Below, piece after piece: positions 1 through 12,409 of a stretch of DNA of 31,518 nucleotides; the stretch's first letter is position 1, and the number at the start of each line of letters is the position of its first letter. The stretch is from Anthoceros angustus. Taxonomy: Eukaryota; Plantae; Anthocerotophyta. A program made the position numbers and the translations under genes. The notes beneath the pieces are model-generated. The model worked only from the letters and a program-made list of their open reading frames with translations. It was not told the origin of the DNA and ran no database searches. The stretch is from positions 1 to 31,518 of the forward strand of contig VJWM01000370.1 of the NCBI GenBank assembly GCA_010909165.1. Reading direction: 5' to 3'.

Positions 1-2654
1 TCCCTCACGGGACTCCTCCGTGGCTCTCCTCGAAGTCCTCCTTCCCGATCGCCCGGTACTCCTTCGTTGGCCCCTCCTTCCATGGTGAGGTGCGGGGTGC
101 TTACCTCGATCGCATCCGCGCTCCTCGTTACGCTCCTCGGTTGCTCCTCTCGCTCCGTCATCTCCAAGCAGGGGCCACTAGGGTCCCTGTCTTTGTCCCG
201 TGGCCTTCATCTCCTTGAGCCTTCCGGTCCGTCCGTTTGCGGTGAGTCGAGGCTTCTGCCGGGAGCTCGGCGTGGTAATAGGCAAAGTCAGATCGACTTG
301 TTGGTGCCTCTTCCACGTGTGCCGATACTCCCTCGCCATAAGTGTTGGGATGGGCGTCTTTGCCGGCTTGTTGGGCCACCTCTCCTGCCCGGTTGGTGGG
401 CGGGCGTATCACGCGAGGCTGACCTCGGTCACCTCCTGCATTGCCTGTTGCTCACGCTCCACTCCGTCGTTTCTCTCCATTGCGGCTTACCGCCATGGCG
501 GCGTTCCCCGCCTTTCTTTGGTGGCGGCTTCTTTTACGCTTCCGGTGCTCGCTCCTCCGTTCATTACGGCCTTTAGCTCATGACTCCCTCTCGGCGGTCG
601 GATACCTCCGTCGCTCGGACTTCCTCCGGCTCATACAGCAGCAGCGTCCAACTCCTTGGATAGTCGCGATTTTCCTCCGTCTTGAAGGCTGACACTCTCG
701 TGCTCAGTCGTGGATTCTCTCGTTGAGAATCACTGCTGCTCAAGCGCATCTTGGGTTGTAGCTCGGCGTGTCCTTCTCCTCCATCTGCTGCCGCCTCTCC
801 TCTACTTCCTGCGGTGTACTCGGAGATCTCCTATCTCCCAGTCTTGGCCTTACGCTCCATAGCCCTTTGTCGCGGCCTTGAGAGCCTCGGTACTGCTGAC
901 TCTCTCCACGGTTCCGTCCTGCGGTGATCCGGTCGCTCTTTTGCGGAGCTCCTTCGCCGCCTTTACAGGCCTCGCCCACTTGGCTCTCGGGCCGCCTCCG
1001 CGGTCAGCTCTCTGCTTGTGCCGGGCCTCTTCCGCCTCTGCTGCGCTTCCCCCGCTGCAAGGTCCTCCGCGCTTGGGCCTCCCAGGCTTGCTTGATTTGT
1101 GCCTGGTGAAGAACCTTAACCAGTCTGCTTGCTTGGGCCTCGCGCTCCGCCACCGGCGTTTCCCTTCCTCGATCCGGCGAGGACTCCGCCTTTCCTTTGC
1201 CCCTCGGCCGCCTTCACTTGCTCTTGGGTTCCACCATCCTCCTCGGGTGGCCTCCACTTCACAGGTCTTCTCCATTTGTACCGAGACCCCAAAGCATTCC
1301 GTCCATGGCGGTGGGACTTCGCCGTGTTTCTTCCACGGCCTTGATGAGGCCCCACAAAGTCCGTAGTGGGGCCGGCATTTCTCGATCGCCAGGACCTCCA
1401 TACCCTTGATCCGGAGTAAGTCGGTGGGTTCTCGGACCTAATCGGGACCCTCGGGTCACAGTGGTGGTCAGGAGTCTCACCCTCTTGGCCCTCTTGGCCT
1501 CTAACTCCTTTGTGCCCTCTTTCTCACAGGGCTCGGAGGAGGTGAGGGGTCAGGGAGCAAGCTCTTTTGCCCCTTCACATCGGGGCAGGCCGGCTCGAGG
1601 TGGGGCTGCGCGGTGACCTCCTGCTCCTTGGGCCACGTCCCTTTGCCCCTCCTTAGCCTCTTGACCTCTTGCCACTCCGTAGGCGGGGTAAGAATCGGCA
1701 CCTTGAGGTCTTTGCGTTGGTAAGCGGCACCGTCTTCCGCCTCTTGGCTCCGTTGAGTTCGGGGCTCGGCCGTCTGGTGTTGTTGCATTGTCTGGGTGCG
1801 GGCCGCCAACGCCCTCGGCATCGGCTCCCTCACATGCGTGCTCGGAGGGCACCAAAAGGAGGAAGGGAATCGCCTCCCAAACTTCCACAGGTGGTGAGGG
1901 GTTCGCTCAGGGCGTATGGAGTCGGAATCCTCGATCGTCCTCCTCCAGTCGCTTGGTCTTGAAGGGCGACCCCCACCTCAGGCGCCACGCTCTACTTGGC
2001 GGGGCCTCCGGCCCCGGGCGCCCGCTCAAGCTCTCCCTCCTTGAGGGCTCGAAATGTCCCCATACATGAATCGGTATGGGGTCGGCCGATAAGCTTCGCT
2101 CCTTAGCTTGCGTGCCTCTGGCCCAGGCAGGCGAAGATAATCCTTCCCGGTCGCTCTCTTCCCAGGCGCATGCGAGAATACCAGCGAGTTATCACCAAGG
2201 TGATCCACCTTGGTGGCGAGTTCAATGGACAATGATCGGGCTACCGCCCTTACTCGGTATCGGCGGATCGGATATCAACCATCCGTTGGTTGTCATTGCG
2301 TTCGAGCCTCGGCATCGCGTGTGGCCCTATCTTCCCCGCCTTAAGGGGCTCGGCACCGCCCCTTCTTCCTCCTTGGGCGGTTGTAGGCCATCCTCGGGAC
2401 CTCAAGGTCCATCGCCTCGGAGTCCTCCGGAGGTTCTTGGATCGGACCTCCTTGTTGATCGCCCTTGACATCTTCGGGCAAACTCCGGACTAGGTAGCGT
2501 TGTCAAAGGTCGAGACCATTTGGAACACGTCCGGATGCCACTCCTGCACCAATTCCCACTTCCTCCGGCCGGGCCCGAAGTCCGGATAGCGCGGGTCACA
2601 ATGTTGCGCTCCACGGTCCATGGCTCCCAGTTTCCGTCGGCTTTTGGGTGCCAT
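1..2654 (-). pseudogene. Degenerate transposon-associated ORF of unknown family (copy 1): conserved N-terminal domain followed by a long charged low-complexity region
   Basis: Stitching minus-strand frames from the ATG at 2654 gives MAPK..WEPWTVERNIVTRAIR..VSTFDNAT(L)..KMSRAINKEVRSK..IIVH..TKVDHLGDNSLVF. This aligns at protein level with the plus-strand copy at 12990-13500. Downstream (2150 to 1) the frames are rich in E/R/K/G, with many frameshifts and stops. Confidence 0.5.
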
Positions 2655-4049
2655 TGCTTTCTCCTCCTCTTGTTCTGTAGGCTGGCGGTCGGCGCACGAT
2701 GTTCCTCCTTCGCGCGTTGTTGCTCCAACCTTGATGCGCCACGCTCTATGGCGCCCAAAAGATGCGAGCGGATTGCGGGCGCAAGGGGCTGAGAGGATTG
2801 CGGAGGCTGCGCGGAGGACCTCCCTCCTTGGCGCTTGTGGAAATGCTTTGGGCGGAAGGCGCCTCTTCGTTGTCCGTGCGCGAGTGCGCATGGCTTACTC
2901 GACGCTTCGCTTACTCGGCCTTCGCCGCGCGCGGCGTGAATACTGCCTATAACGGCCTCGGCAGGTTACGGTCTGGCCTCACATGCACCTCCACTCGGGG
3001 CCGTCCACGTGGCGCCGCCTCGTCATCCTCACGCCTCGCTCCTGGGTTACTTTCCTGGCGTACTTATCCTATTTTGACACAGGTGGGTTCCGGACTTATC
3101 CGTTACTCGTGGTCGGGGCTTGCCATAGTGATGGGGTCCGTTGTTCACTCCAGTCGGAGTATACTCAGCCTCGTCGGCGCTACCCCAATTTATTCCTCCT
3201 TTTCCTTATTTATCCTTCAATCCTAAAAAAAAGCAAACCCTACTTTTTCTTAACTCCCGAGGGAAGTACAGCCCACGGGCCATTGTTCCAAGCTGCGTGC
3301 ACTGCGCTCAGCGGCAAGCTTGTCTTGTGGTGGCGACCTCTTCACTTTCATGCGTTTAGTCCTTGGCGCCCGACCTTCCTGCTCACCACCGTTTTGTGCA
3401 CTTGCGAGCATCGGTGGAAAGTGTCTCGGCAATAATTTCTTGCGATAGCGGCAATAGGGATCCTTTTCGGCGGAGATGGAGAGCATCATCCGCCGGACAC
3501 TGGTCGGCTTCGTCGCCAGCCCGCCCTCGCGCCCGGCAATCGCGAAGAAGGAGCTCGCCAGGGTTGCTGCTGAGTCAGCGGATGCCTTGGATGCTCGGTA
3601 GCGTGCGAGGAGGTAGGAGGTGTTTACTTGAAATCACCACGGTGGATGGACTTGGTGCGGCTCTCGATGTTTGGGCTTGGTTCGTGGATGAGCGCCAAAC
3701 TTGGTGGGTCCTTCTTAAAGGCTGGAGAGGCAGCTGCGGACAAAGCCCGCCATAAATGACCGAGGTCGCCACCTTACGCATATTGGTGGATAGTTTTATG
3801 GAAAAGAAGGCGATGGCATAGAGCGAATTGTTGTTGACTTCGAACATCCGACATCTCGGGAATAGTGCGAACTATATCGCATCTCTTGTTATTAGCCTAA
3901 AGGAATTGAGCTTGTAAGCGGTCCATACATGCGGGGTAGTAGAGGTTTCGTTTAGTTAGGGTTTCAATGGATCGTTTCACTTCCTATCGGCCGTCCACGA
4001 TGTCCATCACGCTTCCTCCTTCGTCCTCCCTCCACCCCGTGCGGGAGTG

Positions 4050-7030
4050 GGCACGCGGCTAATGCCCACCCCTCTCTTACATCGCCATGTAGAATACAGG
4101 GTCACTTGATTTGGCCATATGAATGGGGTATCGACATCATCGCCCGTCGTACAATAGCGCCTAGTGAACGCGGTGGAAACGTGATCGTTTCTATCAGCGA
4201 AGGAGATCTGCCGTGCGGATTGCACTCGAACCACTTCACCTTCGGATGAGTGGTTCGTACCCCAGCGAGACCCGAGTTTCTTGGACATGGCCATAGTAAG
4301 TCTCCCCTTCGTCCCCATACGTGCGGGTGAACACACGTCACTGTCACTTTCGACTCTTCGTGCGGCGTCAGAAGGTGGCTTCCCTTGCATGCCATGTGCT
4401 GTCGTGGCCCAAAGGGACGGCCGTCCATAAGCAGACCACATCGTCGGTGAGATGGTGAATCTTCCCACCGGCTGAATCTCTGCGGCATGGATCCATATGC
4501 GAAAAGATGGCTCCGTCGTTACTCCTTGTTCCACTTCCTCCTTGCTGCAAGAATGGGTCTAAGATTTGGATGTGGACCAAGATGAAAGTGTGGACTGGTG
4601 CAACTCCGCGTCGTAAACTTGTATGGGCGTCCCATGCCTAATGCCTTTCTGTCGCATTCTTCATGAACTTATCGCTCCAAATATGGGAGAGGATAGTGTT
4701 CACTAAGATGCGACTTAGCATGAAAGATTCCTCCCTCACATATCCCTCCGCCATCGCCTCGGGTTTGCTCTGTTGTCTAATAGTGTCCTTCCTGCTCCCC
4801 AAATACCTCTCCACAGGATACATCCAGCACACTTACGGTGCCGCAACATCATCCACCAAGTGAATAATGAGATGCGTCGAAATATCAAACAAGTTGGGTG
4901 GAAATTCTCTTTCCAGCTGACACATGACCCTGATGCACTCTTGTTGCATTCTCCCAACCTCATGCCCCGGAATCCGACGTTGGCATATCCAGCGATATAG
5001 TTTGCTGAGGGCGGTCACTGCTTTGTATACTGAGGGCTTGATTCGTCCCCGTAAGACAATAGGGAAATAAATCTCCATGACAACATGCCAATCATGAGCT
5101 TTGAGGTTTCCCAGTTTGCGCCTTGATTTTGCGATGTTTGATGCGTATCCGGTAACAGTATGGCTGCATCTCAAAAAACCATATCCAAGTCCGGCTTGGA
5201 TAAGACATACTGAGCGAGCAAGAAGGTCTCCTATTCTAGCAATGGCCATAGCTCATGCTTGCCCCGTATTCTTCCATGTCTAAGCGGGATCGTAGATCAT
5301 CTTTCTCTCCTATGTCGCCACAAAGCCTGCATTGTTCTTCTCAATGTGCATAACATCCCTTTGTGTCCACCTCGGCATGTGTCTCGGCGGGTAATCAAAC
5401 CATAAGCTTTTGCGGCGGGTGCCAAACTTGCCTCTCTCCCTCAACTCCCCTGTTGCATTATCTCTCTTTTCCATGTCTCGCCATTAGCGCGTCAAGCGAG
5501 GGGATTGGGACGAGGCCGCCGCTCCACTTCATTGTTACCGGTCCATGTCTACCCGCGCATGGGATGATTGGCGGAAGCCACCGCCGAGCCAAGGTACTCC
5601 TCCTTCACGCGTGGTGGGCCCGGTGAGTCTAAGCCATCCCAACATTCCGCACATGCCCTTGAACCCTTCACGAAAGCCGTGGTGTGCCAATGCCGGATAA
5701 TCGCTATGGTGTGCAAAGCAATGCTCATAGCGTGAAGCGCCGTGTGGCTGTCCGGAAAGAGAAGTCGTCCATGGGTATCCCATGCCACAGTCTCTCAACT
5801 CCTCCAAAAGAGGTTCCATGTAAACATCAAAGTTCGGCACAATGTGAGGGCCACAATAAGCGGCATGATGGTATAAGCGGTTCGTGCTTAGCCATGGTGG
5901 AAGGTTGTGTAAGAATAGCATAACAGCCATATAGATGTAGTTGTGGACTTGTGTCCAAATGGGTTAAACCGTCCGTTGCAAGAGCGAGACGGATGTTTCG
6001 GGTTAGCCAAAGCCATCCAATCCATCTAAAACCTCCCATGCGTGTAGGCCATTATGCCCATGGACCCATCGTGCTCCATGTGAGATCCATGTCTGTTGTC
6101 ATTAGCCTTGCGGTGTTTTCTAAACATGCGGGCCGCCTATCCTTGGGAAAGTGCCACAGAACTTTCTGAGCTCTCTAGCGCTTGGCGGTCCACGCCCTCG
6201 ACATATCTCTGCGAGCATTTAATGCATTCGCGTGGTCCGCATAGGGGCCGCGACATGCGATCATTTACATGAATTTTCTTGAAGTGCGGCGAAGGAGTAC
6301 AATGTCTTTTAGCCTCCGTCATCGACTTGGAGAATTCCTCTCGGGCAACAAATGCAGCCCAACAACACGCGTCGACATCGCGTCGGTATGCCATAACGAG
6401 TTTGAATGGAAAGCAAGAGCGGGGTTGCGGTTAAGCGGGACTCTTTCGAGGTGCAAGGTTCGATGGTGAACAAGGGCATTTCCGCATCCGGGCATATGCT
6501 CTCTCCTTGCCAGTGCGTCGGGAACACCGGTGCCAGCAGTTCATCCAAGTCCACGTAATCTCCTCCGTCGGCATGAAGGTCGCAGCGCGTCATGGTCCGC
6601 GCGTCGCATCGATGTCCACAGCGTCGCATCAAGGTCGCGAGCATGTCCTCTCTTTCACAACCATACACCAACCGGCATTGGCTCGCTGTATCCGCCGTGT
6701 GGTCGTGAGTTCACACTCGCATTTCGATGGAGCGGCGGCAGCGTGGCGAACGCCGGAATATCGGCTGGCCCCATGCGATGAAGGCGGGTGGCCATTGCCA
6801 ACTTCATGAGAATGGGCATCGGCTGCGGGCGGAACTCAATGCGGGCATGAGGGGGTCAGCGGATCATCGTTCGCATCCACGAAGAGCTGTAAAAAACGCC
6901 AAGTACACACCTCGCGGAACCAAGACCGGATTGTTTCTTTGGCGCAAAGCGAAATGCGCGAATTTTAATGGTGCTTCTGCACAACGGGCATGGACATATG
7001 CGTTGTGAACTCCGGATCCAGCGTCGGACC
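4050..7030 (-). pseudogene. CACTA/En-Spm Tnp2 (TnpD-like) transposase pseudogene
   Basis: Domains in canonical order on the minus strand. Transposase-associated domain RICPCPLCR at ~6980. Transposase_21 motifs RNIRLALATDG (~5980) and HNLPPWL..FDVYMEPLLEEL (~5900-5800). DUF4218 motifs GYASNI..LKAHDWHV..LEREFPPNLFDISTHLIIHLVDDV (5150-4840) and WMYPVERYL..KPEAMAEGY (4830-4740). DUF4216 motifs YYGHVQE, VKWFEC, PFIWPNQV (4300-4100). Many frameshifts and stops. Confidence 0.92.
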
Positions 7031-9422
7031 ATTGTGCGAGGATTGACAAAAGGCGTGCTTCTTTCGCCGTGTCGCGAAGGCGAGGTGAGAATGAAGTGGC
7101 GATGGTGAGTATTTGTCGCCGATGGCGAAGCGAGGGCGCGTTGTGAACTCTCCAGCGGCAAGCAAGTGCTTTATGGCGAAAACTCATGCCCGTCGGAAAT
7201 GTGCGGTACTAAATGTGCTTACGCTGCCGATGGCGCAACCACCATCCTGCAGAGGCGATATCGAGTGCGACTCCGGTAAGTGTTCTCCACAATTCCGGCG
7301 TCGTTTCTTCCATCTTTGGGGAAGAGGCGGTGGTGATCGCGAATCCGGTGTTGCTTTTTCGGCCAGACTTGCGCTCCGCCATCGTGCGCTGCGCCATGGA
7401 AGAAACACCGAGAGGCTTACTTCGGCCGGACATGTCGGCCATTCTGAGACACCACAGCGAGCGGTGGTGTCCTGCAATGTCGCGAGACCAATAGAATACC
7501 GTTTAGCGGTGGGAGGCGGCATGGAGGCAGCGGGCGTCTGAAGCAGTATGACACTGACCGTCTGAGCAGCGGCTCCGCACCCAGAGCCGAAGGGGATGAA
7601 GTGCCCCTCCGATTTGGAGCGCGGACCTCGGGCCCGTGGAAGGTGAGGAGAAGGTGTATGCGGGCCTACCGATTTGGGGCGGTGAAGACACCGTTGGGAA
7701 GCGGGAGATGGCAAGTGGGTGGTCCAGTCATGGAGGCATCGGGGTTGCAAAATGCATCATCGTTTTTGCAGCAAGGGCAAGCTTGGAAGGCGATGGTCCG
7801 TTGCTGGTCGCCATCCGAGATGGTGGGGAAAGGCGGATGTGGGCGGCATGCTCGGAAAGGTTGGGTGTGGGCTTTACGGGGGCGAAGAGCTCGCTATATT
7901 CGTGTTTGGGGCGATTGAACGAGGCAAGCATGGCGGGACAATATCATTGTCCACGAGGTTTGAGACTCAAGGAGAGAATGTATTGCGATGCGATGGTAGG
8001 GACCAACAAGTTTGACGTTCTTGTAGTGCAGAAGGTGGCCCAATTTGGTGAAAATATGTCGACACCAAACAAGGCACAATGGATTTGTGGGAACTTGCGG
8101 ACATCTTTGCAAGAAGAGGCTCAATATCACAAGTGGATGTGGGGTCAGCATATCTATGTGCGGGAAAGGGGCCCTCAATGGGATGAGCGTCGGTACCTGC
8201 TCTGGACAGGGCCAGAGTATGCCTTGCGATCCATGCTCACATCCCCTTGACATGTGGTATAGTAGCTTATGAAGCAACAAGTGGGCAGTGCAAACTTCCA
8301 GGTTTTGAACCAGTTACATTCACTTAGCAATTGGGCGGTTTGCGTTATGATTTCATGTGCAATGGCGAAGGGCATTTCCGACTTCTAGAGGCGAAATGAT
8401 AGTCGAGCGTGCTACACCTTGGCTGGAGGGATCTTGTATGGGCTCATCATTTGGTCGATCGCATGCGTACTGTTAGAATAAAGTGTCTTTCCGATCCGTG
8501 AGCGTGGAGGTTTTGAAGGCGAGTTTCTTGGGCACGTTCATGTCACTTGGTGTCGATGTATGCCTGTACGCTAGGGAATGTCATGTTCCATGATCTTGAT
8601 TGTGCAGTGTTTTGCAAGAGGCACAATTCATTGGCGCTCCACTAGCTAGCAACCACTGCGGCGTTGTTTGTCGTGTGGAGATCCCAAGTGTTCATCGCCT
8701 GTTGTTGCGGTGTTTGTAGATCGACCCTCTCCATTTCGATTGCCATTTTGAGTCCCAAATTTCAAGGCCACGCCTGGAAATCCCTTGGGGACACGGGATG
8801 AAAACCATCCGACACGAGCTTGGCCTGACTTCACAAAGGTAATGCAAAAGCGGCATCCCAAGGCGCTGGTCGATCCACCGCAGCGGCGTCGCGTAATCAT
8901 TGAGTCACGCGTCCACGCCTCACACCGCCGTCAAATCGTTTGCCCATTTGGAAGTACCACAACTCACCTAGCATGGGCATTCATGACATCGACTTACATG
9001 GCGTGGCCGTGGGCGGCCGTCCGGACGATCGTGGCGCCTTTATAGCCATCGCTCCATTTCCTCCATGGCACGGCCATGCGTCGCCCTATCTGGGGCGTAT
9101 GGAATGGTAGAGGCGGACACGGCGACGCCATCGATGTGAGCCACGCAAAAAGCCAGCGGGGCGGAGGCGGAACTCCGGTTCCGACGCGGCGCATCGTGTG
9201 GAGCCCAGCGACGGCGCACTCTTTAAACCGAGGCGAACTGAATATTGTATTATAAAGGTGCGAAAAAGGCGGAGGCGGGTAATAGGAACACAATGCACCG
9301 GGAAGGGAATAGTGTTACAAGCGGGTGTAACAAATGCGCTTGTATGCAAAGCATGCGAAACAAGAAATGTAGCGTTCTAGAGGGCGTATCAGCATTTCAA
9401 AACCCGTAACATGGGCACCATG

Positions 9423-9434
9423 TTTCTAGTATTG
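9423..9434 (-). repeat. Candidate degraded CACTA terminal inverted repeat
   Basis: Minus strand reads CAATACTAGAAA(CATGGTGCCCATGTTACGGGTTTT), one mismatch from the common CACTACTAGAAA terminus. GTTACA/TGTAAC-type short motifs lie just inside (9313-9413). Sequence turns AT-rich just outside. Confidence 0.45.
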
Positions 9435-9877
9435 TTACATCGTACATTAGTGCATACATATTCATGCTATGATACTTTGTATTTACTATATGTGTAAATA
9501 TCGGCCCTTTATACCCCTACTTTATAGCATGCGGCTTGCGGTTTGTCCTTCCACGTCACCAATAGCCATCGACTACGCCATAAGCGCCCAAGAGATCTTG
9601 TCCCACCTAACACCTTATTGTGACGCATCAACTTTGTGAGGTAATTGTTGATCAGAGCTAGTTCGCAACAATGAAAAATTTGCGAAATCACGATGTCGCG
9701 GTCTTGGCCTGACCTTGCAATGCTCTGCAAGTACAAGATCTGCTTGCGGCTGTACACATGATCCTGCCCTGCCACAATCCCTTCACCAACATCATGTCAC
9801 ACTGGTTACGCATCAGCTGAAAAATTCAGAATCACGCATAAAACGGGTCTCTACTTAAAATCACAGCATGGAACGGG

Positions 9878-9949
9878 CCTCCTCCTCTTCCTTTCCCTCT
9901 CCCCCTCCTCCTTCTTCCCATCTCCCCCTCCTTCCTCCCCCTCCTCCTT
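9878..9949. repeat. Polypyrimidine (CT-rich) tract
   Basis: About 70 nt almost entirely C/T, ending in cctcctccttataa. Confidence 0.85.
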
Positions 9950-11631
9950 ATAAAGCTTCGACCCTCAAGCCGTGGCAAAAGAACATAGTTTTGAACATTT
10001 TCACCTCAGTTATAATAGTTGAGACATGCATATGCATCTCAAGCTCTGACTAGTTGCATTCCTTTCAGCTGCAACAACGACAAGCATGTCGTTGTAAGGT
10101 GGACGGGAAATTGCACAAGCTACATTGCAAACATGACACTTGGGGACATTAATCCCACCCATCTCTTCGATTTTCCATCACTTGCTCGAGAGCCTTTCCA
10201 TCAAAAGTCAAGCTACCACATTCTCGCCCACTTGCAAAACGCAATCTAATAATTTGAACAAGCGAGACCACGGCACTAGAGCAAACTAAGGACAAAACAA
10301 AGCGGTACATACACGAAATCAATAAAGTTCGGTTCACACCTTCCTCGGGGATTTGAGCAAGCGTATACCAAACATGATCAAATTCCTACATTGAACAGAA
10401 CAAACAAGTTTTCCATGAACCTTACAATGCATAAAATTGCGTCGTCATGCCGGTGGTGGTCCAACATGGTAAAGATGGACGGAAAAGCGTTAACTCAAGA
10501 AGCTAAGCATAAAACCATGGAAGCTGTCCTCCAATTGCCGCCGGCACTCCATTCACGTCTTTGCTCGTGCGCCAGCGAGCTTAGACTCGATTAGATGAGC
10601 GGACTGCGATTTGCGAGGCGGGCCGAGCTCGAAAGAGTGCAGTGCAGCTACGGTGAAATAACGGGGAAACAAAGTCAATTGGCCATGTGTCCGATGGCGA
10701 GCAAAAATGGAAAGCGAGCTGAAAAAGTATCCCAAGTAAGAGGCGCATTACCATCCACGCGGTGGTGGGTTACGAATTCGAGCTCGAAAGTCCTCATCCG
10801 CCTCACCCGCCTAAACACGTTGCTCAACCATGATCCGGATCTGACACGGTTCATGGATCTTCCTTGATGCCACTTTCCTCTCGGCGAGGTTGCTCCAAAA
10901 ATGCCCTCGGTGGGCGGTGGTTCTCCGCCCCTCCTTGTGCACGCAATTCACACGCACTCTTCCTGCGGTGATCCGGACTTGTTGGTGTTTATTTTTCCTT
11001 TGTTTCCTTCGCTTGAAGCACATCACACCAAGCGCAATCGCGGTGGTACGAGGATGTCGGGCACAATTGGAAAGACTATCCATCCTCTAACCCGATTCTT
11101 TGCGGATCGCGGATGGCGATTGAAACCCATTCCTCGTAGACCAGTACTAGCATCGCACCATCGTGAGAAAGGTGAGCACGGTGGGCCAATGTCCGGTGAC
11201 ATCAAATCGGCATTCGTACAAAACCAAGTTCTTTGGCGGATCTGGTGGCTGGACCCACAAATGAGGAGGAGCGGATCTGGTCCGGACCAAGAGTGAAAGC
11301 GTGATCCGGTCGGAAAAGATAGAAGAGGAGGATTTGTGCAAGCTGCTAGCAAAGGTGAGTGGCATCTTGCCGCTGCGGTTTGCTAAAGCGTCTAGGCGAG
11401 TTGAACACGCACGCCGCGCAACATTGGGCGATAAGCGCACATTCGTTTGCGAGCGTGGGCCACGACCATCGGCGTATCTGCGATCACGTGCCACCGCGCT
11501 GGTCGCCTGCGGCCTGTCACCACGCCGTCTCCTTTCAAATTCGCAATCAAAATTTGGGTGGTAAGAACCGTAGTCGAGTCAAAATGTCCGTCATATCCAT
11601 GTTGGAAAGTAAAGGAAAACTTACATATGAT

Positions 11632-11888
11632 GCCCCTCCTTCCTCCCCTCCCCCTCTCCCCTCCTCTTGCTCCTCTTATTTTCCATCTTCCTCCTCCTCC
11701 TTATAATCTCCCCTCCTCCTTTCTTTCCCCTCCTCGTCCTTCCTCCTCCTCCTCTCCTCCTCCTCCTCCTCCTCCTCCTCCTCCTACTCCTCCTCCTCCT
11801 CTACCTCATCCCTTTTCCCCTTTTCCTCCTTGCCTCTCCCTTCCTCCTCTCCTCCTCTTCCTCCTCCTCCTCTCCCCTCCTCCTCCTT
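11632..11888. repeat. Long CT-rich tract with (CCT)n microsatellite core
   Basis: About 255 nt of near-pure C/T with imperfect (CCT)n around 11741-11800. It explains the poly-P and poly-L ORFs in the ORF track. Confidence 0.92.
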
Positions 11889-11997
11889 GTCTCCGAGGCG
11901 AGTGAGCCTCGCACCATGAACTTAGACATAGGTAAATAATATTATGTTTAGGTTACAAATATATGTAAGTATATATATATACATACATAAATACGTG

Positions 11998-11998
<1 letters not shown>

Positions 11999-12046
<48 letters not shown>
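11999..12046. repeat. Compound microsatellite (TA)16(GA)8
   Basis: Read directly; flanked by degenerate TA-rich sequence at 11940-12100. Confidence 0.95.
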
Positions 12047-12047
<1 letters not shown>

Positions 12048-12409
12048 GAATATACACAACAAGTGGGCACAATATATATAGATAGACATATAAATAATCT
12101 AGAATCCTACTATACATAATCGGTAAAACAAGAGTTTTCAATGGTGTATGTGGAGCTTAAAAAACAAAACCAGATGTGGACACAAGGGTGCATTGAAGAG
12201 GGAAGGTAGATTATAAATGCATAGTTATGCAAAGGAGGCAAAATGGAAAGAGAATGACAACCACAGGGAGAGAGATAGAGTTCCTGGTTGCTATCATGTA
12301 GGAAAAGCAAGAGGGGAAGAATAAAATAGTAGCGTGAGAAGGAAACACATGTTGCAACACAAAGAGGGAAAAATTATAAAATGGGTGTCATACTAGAGCA
12401 TTAACTAGG

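Larger units (their letters stand above)
4050..9434 (-). mobile_element. CACTA DNA transposon remnant (5' end plus Tnp2; other end not found)
   Basis: Tnp2 pseudogene plus a candidate terminal sequence at 9434 facing into it. GC-rich internal region 7050-9300. No matching opposite TIR was found in 1-4050. Confidence 0.65.

Noticed and set aside
917-932. Exact 16-mer tcctgcggtgatccgg also at 10961-10976
   Set aside because: No flanking similarity; one such match is plausible by chance in 31 kb of GC-rich sequence.
67-1962. Many overlapping plus-strand ORFs of 60-170 aa
   Set aside because: GC-rich shadow frames of the degenerate minus-strand TE ORF; low-complexity S/L/P/R content and no motifs.
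11447-11939. Poly-Pro and poly-Leu ORFs resembling extensin or membrane proteins
   Set aside because: They are translations of the (CCT)n/CT microsatellite.
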